Below are positions 10,701 to 19,629 of a stretch of 64,000 nucleotides of DNA, one piece after another (within the stretch, counting starts at the first letter, position 1; each line of letters begins with the position of its first letter). The translations under genes and the position numbers were made by a program. Origin of the DNA: an uncultured delta proteobacterium (lineage in GTDB: Bacteria > Desulfobacterota > Binatia > UBA9968); the NCBI GenBank assembly GCA_963771465.1, contig CAVYTU010000017.1, positions 224,001-288,000 on the forward strand. Reading direction: 5' to 3'. The notes beneath the pieces were generated by a model. The model did not search any database and was not told the origin of the DNA. It saw only the letters and a program-made list of their open reading frames with translations.

Positions 10701-11339
10701 CTTGGCTTGCAATTCCATCGAACGGATTTGCCGCTCGATTTCGCGCACGATGTCGGTGACGCGCAGGAGATTTTGCTGGGTGCGCTCGAGTTTTCTCTCG
10801 GCGACGATCTTACGGCTTTTATACTTGCTGGTGCCGGCGGCTTCTTCAATCAGCGCGCGTCGCTCCTCGGGTTTAGCATTGACCAGCTCGTCGACTTTGC
10901 CTTGTTCGACGATTGAATAAGCTTTGCTGCCGACGCCGGTACCTAAAAACAGCTCGACGACATCTTTCAGTCGGCAGTCCATTTTGTTGATGGAATACTC
11001 CGATTCACCGGAACGAAACAGCCGCCGCGTCACCATGATTTCGCTATAGTTGCTGTACTCCGCCGGCCCCCGGCCATCTTCATTGTCGAATACAATCGAT
11101 ACTTCGGCCATGCCGGTGGCGGGCAGAGTATCACTGCCGGCGAAAACCACATCTTCCATCTGGTGGCCGCGCAGGTGGCGCGCGCTCTGCTCACCCATGG
11201 CCCAGCGCAGGGCGTCGACGATGTTCGATTTGCCACAGCCATTGGGCCCAACCACCGCGGTGATGCCAGGGTTTAGGTCTACGGTAGTCTTCTGAGCAAA
11301 AGACTTAAAGCCAATCATTTCGAGACGTTTTAGGCGCAT
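7785..11339 (-). CDS. smc: Chromosome segregation protein SMC
   Basis: GPNGCGKSN Walker A, coiled coils, hinge, LSGGEK, FLDEVDAPLD; 1184 aa; upstream of ftsY. Confidence 0.97.
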   Translation of the reverse strand: MRLKRLEMIGFKSFAQKTTVDLNPGITAVVGPNGCGKSNIVDALRWAMGEQSARHLRGHQMEDVVFAGSDTLPATGMAEVSIVFDNEDGRGPAEYSNYSEIMVTRRLFRSGESEYSINKMDCRLKDVVELFLGTGVGSKAYSIVEQGKVDELVNAKPEERRALIEEAAGTSKYKSRKIVAERKLERTQQNLLRVTDIVREIERQIRSMELQAKKAERYRALRAELKDKELAFTVLQRDAFHQEIGQQESRLRGVENQLAEQLAQLHAKDAESEVVRLALLEADQEIGAQQENVYQRRTQIQTDEQKCEFYRKDLSQLEQTDAENRAALSTLNERTKALTQEIDELNKAQESFIQLSLFEATFLRDKENDLGKLQAELGRRQADIEGEKEASIECANQIAYLNNDTLAKEKRHSEISRQLAQCQEEHNQVTVALTACAAKQNDSAGALAVCLDAVRNRTLDASLANASIQSLSQAKEAEEKKIATLKARIQENHSRLVSLEDLQRNYEGYQEGVRAIMLKKQHDSAPNGIYGLVADVIEAPESYEKALTAVLGDRLQYVIVKGHDEGIEAIEYLKTEASGRSSFIPREMKRKQHKELPIGEAEVVASLIDMVSIKEGYRDVAEYLLADVMVVHDLQAGIALWNRNGYYSTLVTPEGEVIDPMGIVSGGNGASLEGSVLAQRRRIREISSTLTELEGRLPFEEREIEKLKQELEQAETKKTLLGNEVHRLELERVRLEHENRAANQEHERLTQTARALMQEQCDLTTTIQLLDDELQRNRSMSQARLEEKAQRAQALSQKQAEYTALRRDLETAEGAVTQSRIRNAALGEKRDNTHVNLANRVALQEQTASEIATRQGRLADCQQQRGDIEQNLAQTEQALGQSRIELQDLEARLQSERQRYRTISMQLAEIGEAIKELRPLSEACQEEKNGLHLTLAEQRLHLQHLADNLREKYDAELETLIVEWPENTPSKAELVSEIDDLRGRLERMGEVNLAAIGEYEELTTRFQFMSQQKEDLEKSIADLQQTIVKLNRICRLRFKESFEAINEKFEAIFPRLFRGGKAKLVLTDENDYLETGVDIIVQPPGKKLQSITLLSGGEKALTAVSLLFAIFLTKPSPFCFLDEVDAPLDDANIDRFNDMIKEMSEYSQFIMVTHNKKSMQAAEMLYGITMAEPGVSKVVSVRMQ

Positions 11340-11395
11340 AGGTAATTCTATTCCGGGGAAGTTCTAGGCAATTTCTACCATTGAAATATAACCGC

Positions 11396-11424
11396 AATAT
11401 TTCACAGGTGGGAGGGGTAGTCAA
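11396..11424 (-). promoter_or_regulatory. Putative sigma70 promoter of smc
   Basis: TTGACT-N17-AATATT on the minus strand. Confidence 0.45.
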
Positions 11425-11431
11425 GAAAAAA

Positions 11432-11480
11432 TCACAATATACGGTGGGGGCTGTGGATAATTCACCACAAGATATGGGAG
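11432..11480. promoter_or_regulatory. Two NrdR-box-like sites flanking a perfect DnaA box
   Basis: TCACAATATACGGTGG (11432-47) and CCACAAGATATGGGAG (11465-80) versus acaCwAtATaTwGtgt; TGTGGATAA at 11452-60. Confidence 0.6.
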
Positions 11481-11553
11481 CCGTTCGGTATTACGCGGTC
11501 TGCTGAGCTAACTGTGACCGGTCGCCAACGAACCCGCGCGGATTTGAACAGAA

Positions 11554-12186
11554 CTAACTTTCCAGCAGCTCGGTGTTCCAATAGGAGACATCGATGGTAT
11601 TGAGAAAGGGCGCCCATTCTTTATAGCGGGACATGCTGAAAGTTTCCTGCATGAACGGGGTCCACTGTGGTTTGAAAGGCTTGCGCACGAGCGGCATGTT
11701 GGCCTGCTGTGGGGTGCGGCCGCCTTTGCGATGATTGCACTCGTGGCAGGAGCAGACGACATTCTCCCAAACCGACGTGCCGCCCTGGGAGCGGGGAATG
11801 ACATGATCGAGATTGAGCTCTTGGCGTGGCAGCCGCCAGCCACAGTACTGGCAAGTGCATTTATCTCGGGCGTAGATGTTATAGCGGCTAAAGCGCACCT
11901 GACGCTTGGGCACTCGGTCGTAGGTGACGAGTAGAATAACCCGCGGCACCCGGATCACTCGGTTGACCAAACCGACCGTCTCAGCGTGGGCGGAAATCGA
12001 CAGATCGCTCCAGCTGTTAAAATCAAAAGTCTGGTACTGCTCGTTCACCGCTTTGGCGATGCCCTGATAGAGCAGCACAAAAGCGCGCCGTACCGACGTG
12101 ACATGGATCGGCAAATAGGAACGATTGAGGATCAGAACCTTGGTGTTGAGGACCGTGAATGCTGGCGCGGTGGCCGGATAACTCAT
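11554..12186 (-). CDS. HNH endonuclease (McrA-like)
   Basis: RDKCTCQYCG, LNLDHVIPRSQGG, WENVVCSCHECNHRKG. Confidence 0.92.
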   Translation of the reverse strand: MSYPATAPAFTVLNTKVLILNRSYLPIHVTSVRRAFVLLYQGIAKAVNEQYQTFDFNSWSDLSISAHAETVGLVNRVIRVPRVILLVTYDRVPKRQVRFSRYNIYARDKCTCQYCGWRLPRQELNLDHVIPRSQGGTSVWENVVCSCHECNHRKGGRTPQQANMPLVRKPFKPQWTPFMQETFSMSRYKEWAPFLNTIDVSYWNTELLES

Positions 12187-12435
12187 AATCAGCTTTGTCG
12201 TTGTCGTTTGAAGCCTTTATGATCTGCCGGTATTCCACTCAAAGTAGCTGGCGCACACTCCAATGTCAATTAAGCTGGAGGTCGTGTATGAAAGCTTACT
12301 TGCAGTCATGGCTGTTTTCCTCTATAAACAAATTGAGCTGCTTTAGTGGTCCTTTGGAGACCGCCGCGTTTGTTTAGGCGATCCGCGTCACATTATCCCT
12401 CCAGCGTTCACTGACTTGGTTGTTCGTAAATTCGT

Positions 12436-13944
12436 ATGAAACAGGAAATTTTTATCAATTCGACGCCCCAGGAGAGCCGCATCGCCATCATGGAAGATGG
12501 TGTGCTCGCTGAATTCCTCATCGAAAGAAAAGAGGAAATGGGCGTTGCGGGGAATATCTATAAAGGGAAGGTCGCGCGCGTGCTTCCCGGCATGCAAGCC
12601 GCCTTCATCGATATGGGCATGGAAAAGGCCGGCTTTTTACATGCATCGGATTTTTCGACCGAACTGGACGAAATACAATTGACCGGCGACGATGTCGAGT
12701 TCGCGGAGGCGCCCAAGCCGCCACCGTCTTCATCGCGTCGTTTACCGTTGGAAAAACAGCTTTCGCGTAATGAAGAAATTCTCGTCCAGGTTGCCAAGGA
12801 TCCGCTCGGCACCAAGGGCGCGCGGGTTACCTGTCATGTCTCCTTGCCGGGCCGCTACATGGTTTACATGCCGGGCACCAAGCACATCGGTATCTCGCGC
12901 CGCATCGAGAGTGATGAAGAGCGCAAGCGGCTGAAGGAGATCGCCCAGTCGCTCGGCACTGAAAAGGGTGGATTTATCCTGCGCACCGCCTGCGAAGGGC
13001 TTAGCAAAAGGGAAATTCAAAGAGATCTGGCCTTTCTCACCAAACTGTGGGAGGGGATTCAGAAACGGGCCGCCAGCGCGGCGGCGCCGACGCTGATTCA
13101 CCAGGATCTCGATCTCATCGCGCGCACGCTGCGCGATTTTTTTACCGCCGATACCGATCAAGTCGTCATTGATTCGCCGAAGGATCACCGCCGGGTGGTC
13201 GATTTCGTGCGTCACTTCATGAGCCGGCACAAAGCGAAGATCGTGCTCTATAACGACAAGGAACCGCTCTTCGAGCAATATGCCATCGAAGAAAAGGTCG
13301 TCAAAGCGCTGGACCGACGCGTGTGGCTACGTTCCGGCGGCTACCTGATCATCGAACGCACCGAGGCGCTGACGGCTGTGGACGTAAACACCGGCCGCTT
13401 CGTCGGCAAACGCAATCAGGAAGACACGATCATCAAAACTAACATGGAGGCGGTGCAGGAGGTGGTGCGCCAGCTCCGGCTGCGCAACGTCGGTGGCCTC
13501 ATCATCATTGACTTCATCGACATGGAAAAAGAGGGCAATCGCAAGAAGGTATACGATGCTTTGAGAGAGGCGCTGAAGAAAGACAAAGCGCGCACCAACA
13601 TTCTCAAAATATCCGAGCTCGGTTTGGTCGAGATGACGCGCCAGCGCACGCGCGAGAGCTTGGAGAATCAGCTGCTCCGTTCGTGCCCGCACTGCGACGG
13701 GCGCGGTCGGATCAAGTCAGCGCCGACGATTGCTTATGACGTGCTACGCGCGATCAAGCGCCAGCAGCCGAGCTTCGACGGCGGCAAAAATATCGTCGTG
13801 CGCTTGCACCCGGACATCGCCAACTTCCTTTACGACGAGAAAAATAACAGCTTGGAAAATCTCGAACGCGAGATCAATCGCCGCATCATCATCAAAGCCA
13901 GCCAGGAGCTGCACCACGAGAAGTATGAAATCTCCGAGGCGTAA
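12436..13944 (+). CDS. rng: Ribonuclease G (Rne/Rng family)
   Basis: GNIYKGKVARVLPGMQAAF, DVNTG, GGLIIIDFIDM, CPHC; short 502-aa form. Confidence 0.92.
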   Translation: MKQEIFINSTPQESRIAIMEDGVLAEFLIERKEEMGVAGNIYKGKVARVLPGMQAAFIDMGMEKAGFLHASDFSTELDEIQLTGDDVEFAEAPKPPPSSSRRLPLEKQLSRNEEILVQVAKDPLGTKGARVTCHVSLPGRYMVYMPGTKHIGISRRIESDEERKRLKEIAQSLGTEKGGFILRTACEGLSKREIQRDLAFLTKLWEGIQKRAASAAAPTLIHQDLDLIARTLRDFFTADTDQVVIDSPKDHRRVVDFVRHFMSRHKAKIVLYNDKEPLFEQYAIEEKVVKALDRRVWLRSGGYLIIERTEALTAVDVNTGRFVGKRNQEDTIIKTNMEAVQEVVRQLRLRNVGGLIIIDFIDMEKEGNRKKVYDALREALKKDKARTNILKISELGLVEMTRQRTRESLENQLLRSCPHCDGRGRIKSAPTIAYDVLRAIKRQQPSFDGGKNIVVRLHPDIANFLYDEKNNSLENLEREINRRIIIKASQELHHEKYEISEA

Positions 13945-13978
13945 GAACTCGGAGATTTAACCGCGCAAAACTTTCGGA

Positions 13979-14208
13979 CTTCCGCAGTTAAAACTGAAAC
14001 AGCGAGTGAGGCACGATCCTTCCGTAGTGAAGACAATCGGCCTGTGCCTCTGAGCCGGCAACCAACATCGTTGTCTGGCGAGCGATCGTTGGCAGGCAAT
14101 GGAACGGCTGCCAACCAGAGAAAATGACTTTGCACCCGCAGCGTTAGGTGTCTTCAGTACTCCAGGCTCGTGCCACACTCGGGCACACATTTACTCCACC
14201 TGCGGAAG
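13979..14208. ncRNA. Candidate structured ncRNA / long imperfect inverted repeat
   Basis: Nested pairs CTTCCGCAG/CTGCGGAAG, CGAGTG-GGCACGA/TCGTGCC-CACTCG, TGAAGACA/TGTCTTCA, GTTGGCAG/CTGCCAAC. Confidence 0.4.
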
Positions 14209-14214
14209 CTGGGT

Positions 14215-14871
14215 TCAATTCTTCGGCCAGGCGTGGATGTCGGCGCCTTTACGCAGTTTTTTTTCGTCGTAAATTTCGTAGTGGGTGAACGCTGTGATCG
14301 GCCGGCGCGGTTTGGCTTTCGGCCAACTGCTGGCGTGGCCGATGGGCATGACCCAGAGCAGTCTTAGCTCATCGGGTACTTTGAATAATTCTCTTAGCTC
14401 CGGTTCGACTTCTTCACGCACGGAAACCCAGACCGTGCCGAGATTCATGCTCGCGGCCGCCAGCATCATTTGCTGCACGGAGTTGGCGATGCTCGCCTGA
14501 AACAGTTTCTCTCGGTCGGACGGTTGGCGCGTGGTTAGATAGACCTGCTTCGTGCGCGCCTCGCCGCAGGCGAGCACGAGGACGCTCACGTCGCCGACGT
14601 AGTCTTTTTTCAACCCCTTATAATGCACCGGGTCTTCTTTCTTCCGATCGCGCCACTCTTTGGAATAGATTTCACGCACCAACTTCATTTTCTTGCGGTC
14701 ACGCGTGACGACGAATTCCCACGGTTGCGTATTGGCGCCTGAGGGCGCCCAGCGGGCGGCTTCAAGGATGGTGTTCAATTGCTGCTGGGTGACTTTGCCG
14801 GTTTTGTAGACGCGCACGCTGCGGCGGTGTTGCATGATTTTGAGCAAATTTTCAGTGTCCATAGTTTTCAT
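14215..14871 (-). CDS. Nitroreductase family protein
   Basis: RRSVRVY, ARWAPSGANTQPWEF, LGTVW; start trimmed to MKTMDTE. Confidence 0.9.
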   Translation of the reverse strand: MKTMDTENLLKIMQHRRSVRVYKTGKVTQQQLNTILEAARWAPSGANTQPWEFVVTRDRKKMKLVREIYSKEWRDRKKEDPVHYKGLKKDYVGDVSVLVLACGEARTKQVYLTTRQPSDREKLFQASIANSVQQMMLAAASMNLGTVWVSVREEVEPELRELFKVPDELRLLWVMPIGHASSWPKAKPRRPITAFTHYEIYDEKKLRKGADIHAWPKN

Positions 14872-14885
14872 TCCAAATGACGAAG

Positions 14886-16628
14886 CTAATTGAGCGTGAC
14901 TTGGCTGCGCCGACCGAACCACCAGGCGATGAAAATCAGCGGTGTCAAAACCAGGGTCATGAGCAGGGTGACAGCGGAAGCTTTGTTGATATTGCCGCTG
15001 TACCAATAGCTCCAGATGACGGCCGGCAGCGTGATGTTGTCGTGCACCGCGAGAAAGACAGCGGCGGTGAGCTCGCGGTAGACCAGCAACGCAGACCATA
15101 TCCACACCGAAAAAAGCGTCGGCCGGATGAGCGGGAACAAAACTCTCCAGGCGGTGCGGCTGTTAGAGAGACCGGCGACGAAAGCCGCCTCTTCCAGCTC
15201 GCGATGGATTTGCAGCAGCGAGCCGTTGAGGGCGCGGGTCGCGAAGGCCAGGCGGGCGATGATATAGACGATGGCGATGATCCACACCGAGCCGTAAAGC
15301 GGAATCGCGGTGCCGAGCACAAAAAGCGAAAGCAATAAGGCGCCGATGGCGAGAATCACTTCCGGCAATGCCTGCGGCAAGAAGGCGCCGAATTCAAGCG
15401 CATAGCGAATGCGGCTGCGGGAGCGCACGATGAGCCAAGAAATCGTAAAGGCCAACAGCAGAACCACTAGCGGCACCAGCGCTACCAAAATCGCCGTATT
15501 CCAAAGTCCGCGCAGAGCCAACTGCCAGTCCATGCCATAAAAATTCGCCAGCGAGAGCTGTCCCATCGTCGCCAGAGACGGCGGCACGAAATATGGCATG
15601 AGCGCCGCGTAAGCGATTAATAACAGCGGCAGGAGTTTGGAGATGAATGCGTAGCCGGCGATAAAACTCCAAGCGGCGAGGGACCAATTGCCCAAGTCTA
15701 ACAGGGCCGGTTTGTAGCCTTTACCGGTGACCACTTCGAAACGGTGACTCTGGCGCAGCACTTGGCTGTACCAAAGCGTAAGCAGCGCGGCGACGACGAT
15801 CATGAAAGCGCCGACCACGCCGGTGATACCATATTCCGGCAGCCCCGCGCCTTGGGGATGGACTTTCAAGTAAATAAACGTGCTAAGCAGGTATACCCGG
15901 TTACCGAGGCCCAGGATCGCCGGGATGTCGAACGTGGCGAGGCCGATGGTGAATATGTAGATGACCGCCGCCATGATCCCGGGGCGGGCTAACGGGAGGG
16001 TCACGCGGCGAATGATTTTCGTGTAATTCATGCCGTGCACGCGCGCCGCTTCTTCCAGCGTCGGATTCATGGCGCGAAACATTTGCGCGGTAAGTATGAA
16101 CGCCAGCGCGGAAAGACTTAGCCCTTGTACGAATCCCATGCCGATGGGTGTGGCGATATTGATCGGCGCTTCGCTTAGCTCCAATAGGTTGATGAGCCAG
16201 CGATTTATGATGCCGATGCGCGGATGCGCGATCATGGTCCAACCCATCGCGGTGTAGATACCGGGAATCAAAAGTCCCAGAGTCATGAGTGCGTAGACGA
16301 GAGTCTTTCCGGGGATGCTGGTGCGCTCCACCAGCCAGGCGATGGGCAGACCGAAAAGCAGCGCGAAAAACGTCGCGGTGACAGTAAAGAGGAGCGTATT
16401 GGCAACCACCCGGTAGACGAACGGATCACTGACGACCTCGTGGTAGTTAGCAAATGTAAAGGTGGCGCTGGGGGTGCCGAAGGCGCCCTTTTGCAGGCTG
16501 ATCCAAAACATCACGATTACGAGGATGAAAATCACCGCCATCGGGATCATCGCCACAGACAAGAGCGCGGACGAGGTGTGACTGCGCGCGCGGAACAGAG
16601 CCGGCAATCTCAAAACCGCCTGTTTCAT
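14886..16628 (-). CDS. ABC permease, FbpB-type with two TM domains
   Basis: Two EAA motifs (LEEAARVHG, LEEAAFVAG); start MKQAVL. Confidence 0.9.
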   Translation of the reverse strand: MKQAVLRLPALFRARSHTSSALLSVAMIPMAVIFILVIVMFWISLQKGAFGTPSATFTFANYHEVVSDPFVYRVVANTLLFTVTATFFALLFGLPIAWLVERTSIPGKTLVYALMTLGLLIPGIYTAMGWTMIAHPRIGIINRWLINLLELSEAPINIATPIGMGFVQGLSLSALAFILTAQMFRAMNPTLEEAARVHGMNYTKIIRRVTLPLARPGIMAAVIYIFTIGLATFDIPAILGLGNRVYLLSTFIYLKVHPQGAGLPEYGITGVVGAFMIVVAALLTLWYSQVLRQSHRFEVVTGKGYKPALLDLGNWSLAAWSFIAGYAFISKLLPLLLIAYAALMPYFVPPSLATMGQLSLANFYGMDWQLALRGLWNTAILVALVPLVVLLLAFTISWLIVRSRSRIRYALEFGAFLPQALPEVILAIGALLLSLFVLGTAIPLYGSVWIIAIVYIIARLAFATRALNGSLLQIHRELEEAAFVAGLSNSRTAWRVLFPLIRPTLFSVWIWSALLVYRELTAAVFLAVHDNITLPAVIWSYWYSGNINKASAVTLLMTLVLTPLIFIAWWFGRRSQVTLN

Positions 16629-16685
16629 GATTTCCTCTGTGGTAGTCGCTGCGGCGAGTCCTGTGCCACAGCGACCATGGTCCAA

Positions 16686-17765
16686 TTATTTGCCGCCGTC
16701 GCGCAAAATCGCTTCCAGCTCTTTTTGCGTCTTGGCGTAGTCCTTGAATGTCGCCAGCCATTCAGGCGAATTAATAATAATCTTGCCTTTGGCCGTGCGC
16801 AGGCCGTCGAGTTCCCGTTTAGTCTGCGAACCGGGAAACAGGTGGAGATCCATGCCGTCATGTTTCCACAGCATTTCCTGCCCTTCGGACGACATGAGGT
16901 AATTGATCAACAACGCGCCGATATTGGGCGAGCGCGAATTTTTTGGAATCGCCGCGTAGCGCATGTGCAACACGGTGCCCTCTTCCATCACCGTATGTCC
17001 GACCGGCGCGCCGGTGCGCTTGAGGACGTTCACGTCATTGCCGCCGCAGGTAAACGCCAGCATCAAAAACTCACCGCTGGTAATGCGCTCCGATTCGCCG
17101 CAGCGCATCAGCCCGGCGATCTGTTTGGAGAGCTGCTTGGTGTAGTCGATCATCTTTTCTCGACCGAGGAAGTCCGGCGTGGCGAACTCCCTGAGGCCGG
17201 CGGCATACGGGGTTGAGGCGATTTTCCCTTTCCACTTGGGGTTGAGCACATCGGACAAACGGCGCGGAATGTCATTGCCCTTGACCATCTGGGAGTTGTA
17301 TTGGACGCCCACCACCGCCGTGCCGAATGCGACATGGGTATTCGCTGGCGCGATAGCGTGAAACTTCCCTTCAGGTTTGGGCTGGTGCTCAATAATTTTG
17401 TCGTAAGTCATGGCGCTGAATAGTTTGGCGTTCTGACCGTCGAAAATCGCTTGGGCGTTGCCCAAGTAGACGTCGGTGCTGGCCGGCTGTCCAGCCGCGG
17501 CTTCCTGGATGATGCGCAACATCAACCGCTGCATGTCGGGCCCCGGCGTGTACTGGCCCTTGAGATTGAGCTTGTATTTGCGATTCATCCCAGCGAGCAG
17601 TTCTTGAAATCCTTCGCTGCCGCCAAAGCTGTTCTGTCCCCATTGGCCGCGAAAGTTGCTTTCTTTTTTCGCGCCTTCGACGATCTCCGCTAAGGTGGCG
17701 GCGCGCGCATGCGCGGTGAGGCTGAAAAGCGCGAGCGTTAGCGCAAAGAATTTTGTCGCGATCAT
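16686..17765 (-). CDS. ABC substrate-binding protein (Fe3+/thiamine/polyamine-type fold)
   Basis: Signal peptide, YNSQMV..P..LSDVLNPKWKGKI, SPN..ALLINYLMSSEGQ. Confidence 0.85.
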   Translation of the reverse strand: MIATKFFALTLALFSLTAHARAATLAEIVEGAKKESNFRGQWGQNSFGGSEGFQELLAGMNRKYKLNLKGQYTPGPDMQRLMLRIIQEAAAGQPASTDVYLGNAQAIFDGQNAKLFSAMTYDKIIEHQPKPEGKFHAIAPANTHVAFGTAVVGVQYNSQMVKGNDIPRRLSDVLNPKWKGKIASTPYAAGLREFATPDFLGREKMIDYTKQLSKQIAGLMRCGESERITSGEFLMLAFTCGGNDVNVLKRTGAPVGHTVMEEGTVLHMRYAAIPKNSRSPNIGALLINYLMSSEGQEMLWKHDGMDLHLFPGSQTKRELDGLRTAKGKIIINSPEWLATFKDYAKTQKELEAILRDGGK

Positions 17766-17782
17766 AAAATTCCTCCTTCGGT

Positions 17783-18853
17783 TTATCGGTCTTGGGCAAA
17801 AACCATAATATCCGCCGAGTCGACTTTGAATTGAATCGCACCGTCGGCGCTTTTCGGCAAAATTCGGTTCTTACCGAATAGCTGTCTGCCGTTCGCTTCA
17901 GCGCAGAAAGTGAATTGGTCGCCGAGAAAGGTGCTCGAGACGATTTTTCCGCTAAAGGAATTGGTCTCCGCACCGACGCTCGAAAGCGCGAGACATTCGG
18001 GGCGAAATCCCAGGCGAACTTTATTGCCGGGGCGGGTGCCGCGCTCAACATTCAGTTTGCCGATGGCGCAACTGGCAACGCCCGCTTCGACCATTTCACC
18101 GTCGAGCCAGTTCACCGAGCCGAAAAAATCGGCGACATCCGCGCTTACCGGCCGGTGGTAGATTTCCGCCGGCGCTCCCACCTGCAAAAGTTCGCCCGCT
18201 TGCATGAGCGCGATCTTATCTGCGATCGCCATCGCCTCGACTTGATCATGGGTGACGTAAAGCACTGTCGAGCCGAGCTGTTTTGCCAGTTCGCGTATTT
18301 TGCCGCGCACGTCTTCGCGCAAGCGCGCGTCGAGATTGCTGAGCGGTTCGTCCATCAAGAGTAAACGCGAGCTCACGGCGATGGCGCGCGCCAAGGCGAC
18401 GCGTTGTTGCTGGCCGCCGCTGAGCAAGGTGGCCGGCCGGTCGGCTTGTTCTTCCAATTGCACCAGTCGGAGCGCTTCTTTGACGCGGTTGGCGACTTCT
18501 TTGCGCGGAATTTTCTGCGAGCCTTCAGCCAGGGGCAGGGCGATGTTCTGTGAGACCGTGAGATGGGGCCAGACGGCGTAGGATTGAAACACCATGCCGA
18601 GCTTGCGCTGCTGCGGCGGAATCCAAGTTGGCGGCTGATCCGAAGAAACAATTCTATCGGCGATGCGAATCTCGCCGCCGTCCGGCGTTTCCAGACCGGC
18701 GATACAGCGCAGCAAAGTTGTTTTGCCCGAGCCGCTGGCGCCAACGATAACGAACAGTTCGCCTTCGGCGACTTCTAAATCCAGTGACTTGATCGCGGCG
18801 ATCTCGCCGTCGCTGACTCGGAAGCGTTTGTGCAGGCGGCGGATCGAAATCAT
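17783..18853 (-). CDS. ABC ATP-binding protein (FbpC/PotA-like)
   Basis: GASGSGKT, LSGGQQQR, DEPLSNLD, TOBE-like tail. Confidence 0.93.
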   Translation of the reverse strand: MISIRRLHKRFRVSDGEIAAIKSLDLEVAEGELFVIVGASGSGKTTLLRCIAGLETPDGGEIRIADRIVSSDQPPTWIPPQQRKLGMVFQSYAVWPHLTVSQNIALPLAEGSQKIPRKEVANRVKEALRLVQLEEQADRPATLLSGGQQQRVALARAIAVSSRLLLMDEPLSNLDARLREDVRGKIRELAKQLGSTVLYVTHDQVEAMAIADKIALMQAGELLQVGAPAEIYHRPVSADVADFFGSVNWLDGEMVEAGVASCAIGKLNVERGTRPGNKVRLGFRPECLALSSVGAETNSFSGKIVSSTFLGDQFTFCAEANGRQLFGKNRILPKSADGAIQFKVDSADIMVFAQDR

Positions 18854-18920
18854 GAAATTAGCGGGTCTAGCCAGCAGTTGGTATCATGACGACGGAGCCT
18901 GAATCTTTTCGAACTAGCCT

Positions 18921-18990
18921 GTTTGAGGTTTCGGGTTTCGAGTTCCAGGTTTAGCGTTAACCTGAAACCCAAAACCCTGGGACTCGAAAC
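18921..18990. repeat. Inverted tandem heptamer repeat (GTTTCGR-like)
   Basis: gtttgag gtttcgg gtttcga gttccag ... aacctgaaacccaaaaccctgggactcgaaac. Confidence 0.6.
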
Positions 18991-18996
18991 TAGCGC

Positions 18997-19506
18997 CTAA
19001 TGATACTCGGCGTTAGGCAGCGGATTTTCGACCGCTTCTTCAAGCGTCGTGGCCCGCCGCCATTCGTTGGCTGGTCGACTCTTACCATCGGTGCCGACCT
19101 GATCCATGGCGGAATAGATCTCGATTTTGTAGCCGTCGGGATCGTAGAATTCCAGGCCGGGGTTGCCACCGGGACCGCGCCGTCCCTCGTAAAAAATGGT
19201 TACGCCTTTGGATTTCAGAAATTCGCGAATCTTGAAAAGTTCCGAAACGGTCGCGACTTCCAGGGCCATGTGGTCAAACCCCACTTGGCCCTGCTTGGGC
19301 AGCTCGTTTTGCTCCTTGGCCTGTACCAGCGCAACGGTATGATGATCCGTTGAGTTGCGGAAAAAGGCCATGCCGTGCTCGTTTTTGTCGGAGAATTTGA
19401 AACCCATGACGTCCGTCCAGAACTTCGAGCTGCGCTCGATGTCGCTGACGCTCAACACCACGTGACCGATTTTCTTGATTTTTATCGGTGATTTTTCGTC
19501 CGCCAT
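18997..19506 (-). CDS. VOC family protein (single-domain extradiol dioxygenase-like)
   Basis: IGHVVL, DHH, FDHMALEV, GRRGPG, FYDPDGYKIEIY. Confidence 0.88.
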   Translation of the reverse strand: MADEKSPIKIKKIGHVVLSVSDIERSSKFWTDVMGFKFSDKNEHGMAFFRNSTDHHTVALVQAKEQNELPKQGQVGFDHMALEVATVSELFKIREFLKSKGVTIFYEGRRGPGGNPGLEFYDPDGYKIEIYSAMDQVGTDGKSRPANEWRRATTLEEAVENPLPNAEYH

Positions 19507-19629
19507 AAATTGCTCCTTTTATTTTTTACGATTTGCGTTTTATTGCCGGCGCTTAAAGTACCGAATTTCTATCATGGAAGGCTGGGCTAAGGAAAGGTGC
19601 AAATCATTCGCCCAAGCGGGGGAAAACGG

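Noticed and set aside
7785-12186. SMC plus HNH as a Lamassu/Wadjet-like defence system
   Set aside because: The SMC is full-length, canonical and linked to ftsY, with its own predicted promoter between it and HNH; no kleisin or other defence subunits are present.
14009-14023. Sigma-54 promoter (GGCACG-ATCC-TTCC)
   Set aside because: The -12 element lacks the GC, no suitably oriented gene follows, and the sequence is one arm of the inverted repeat.
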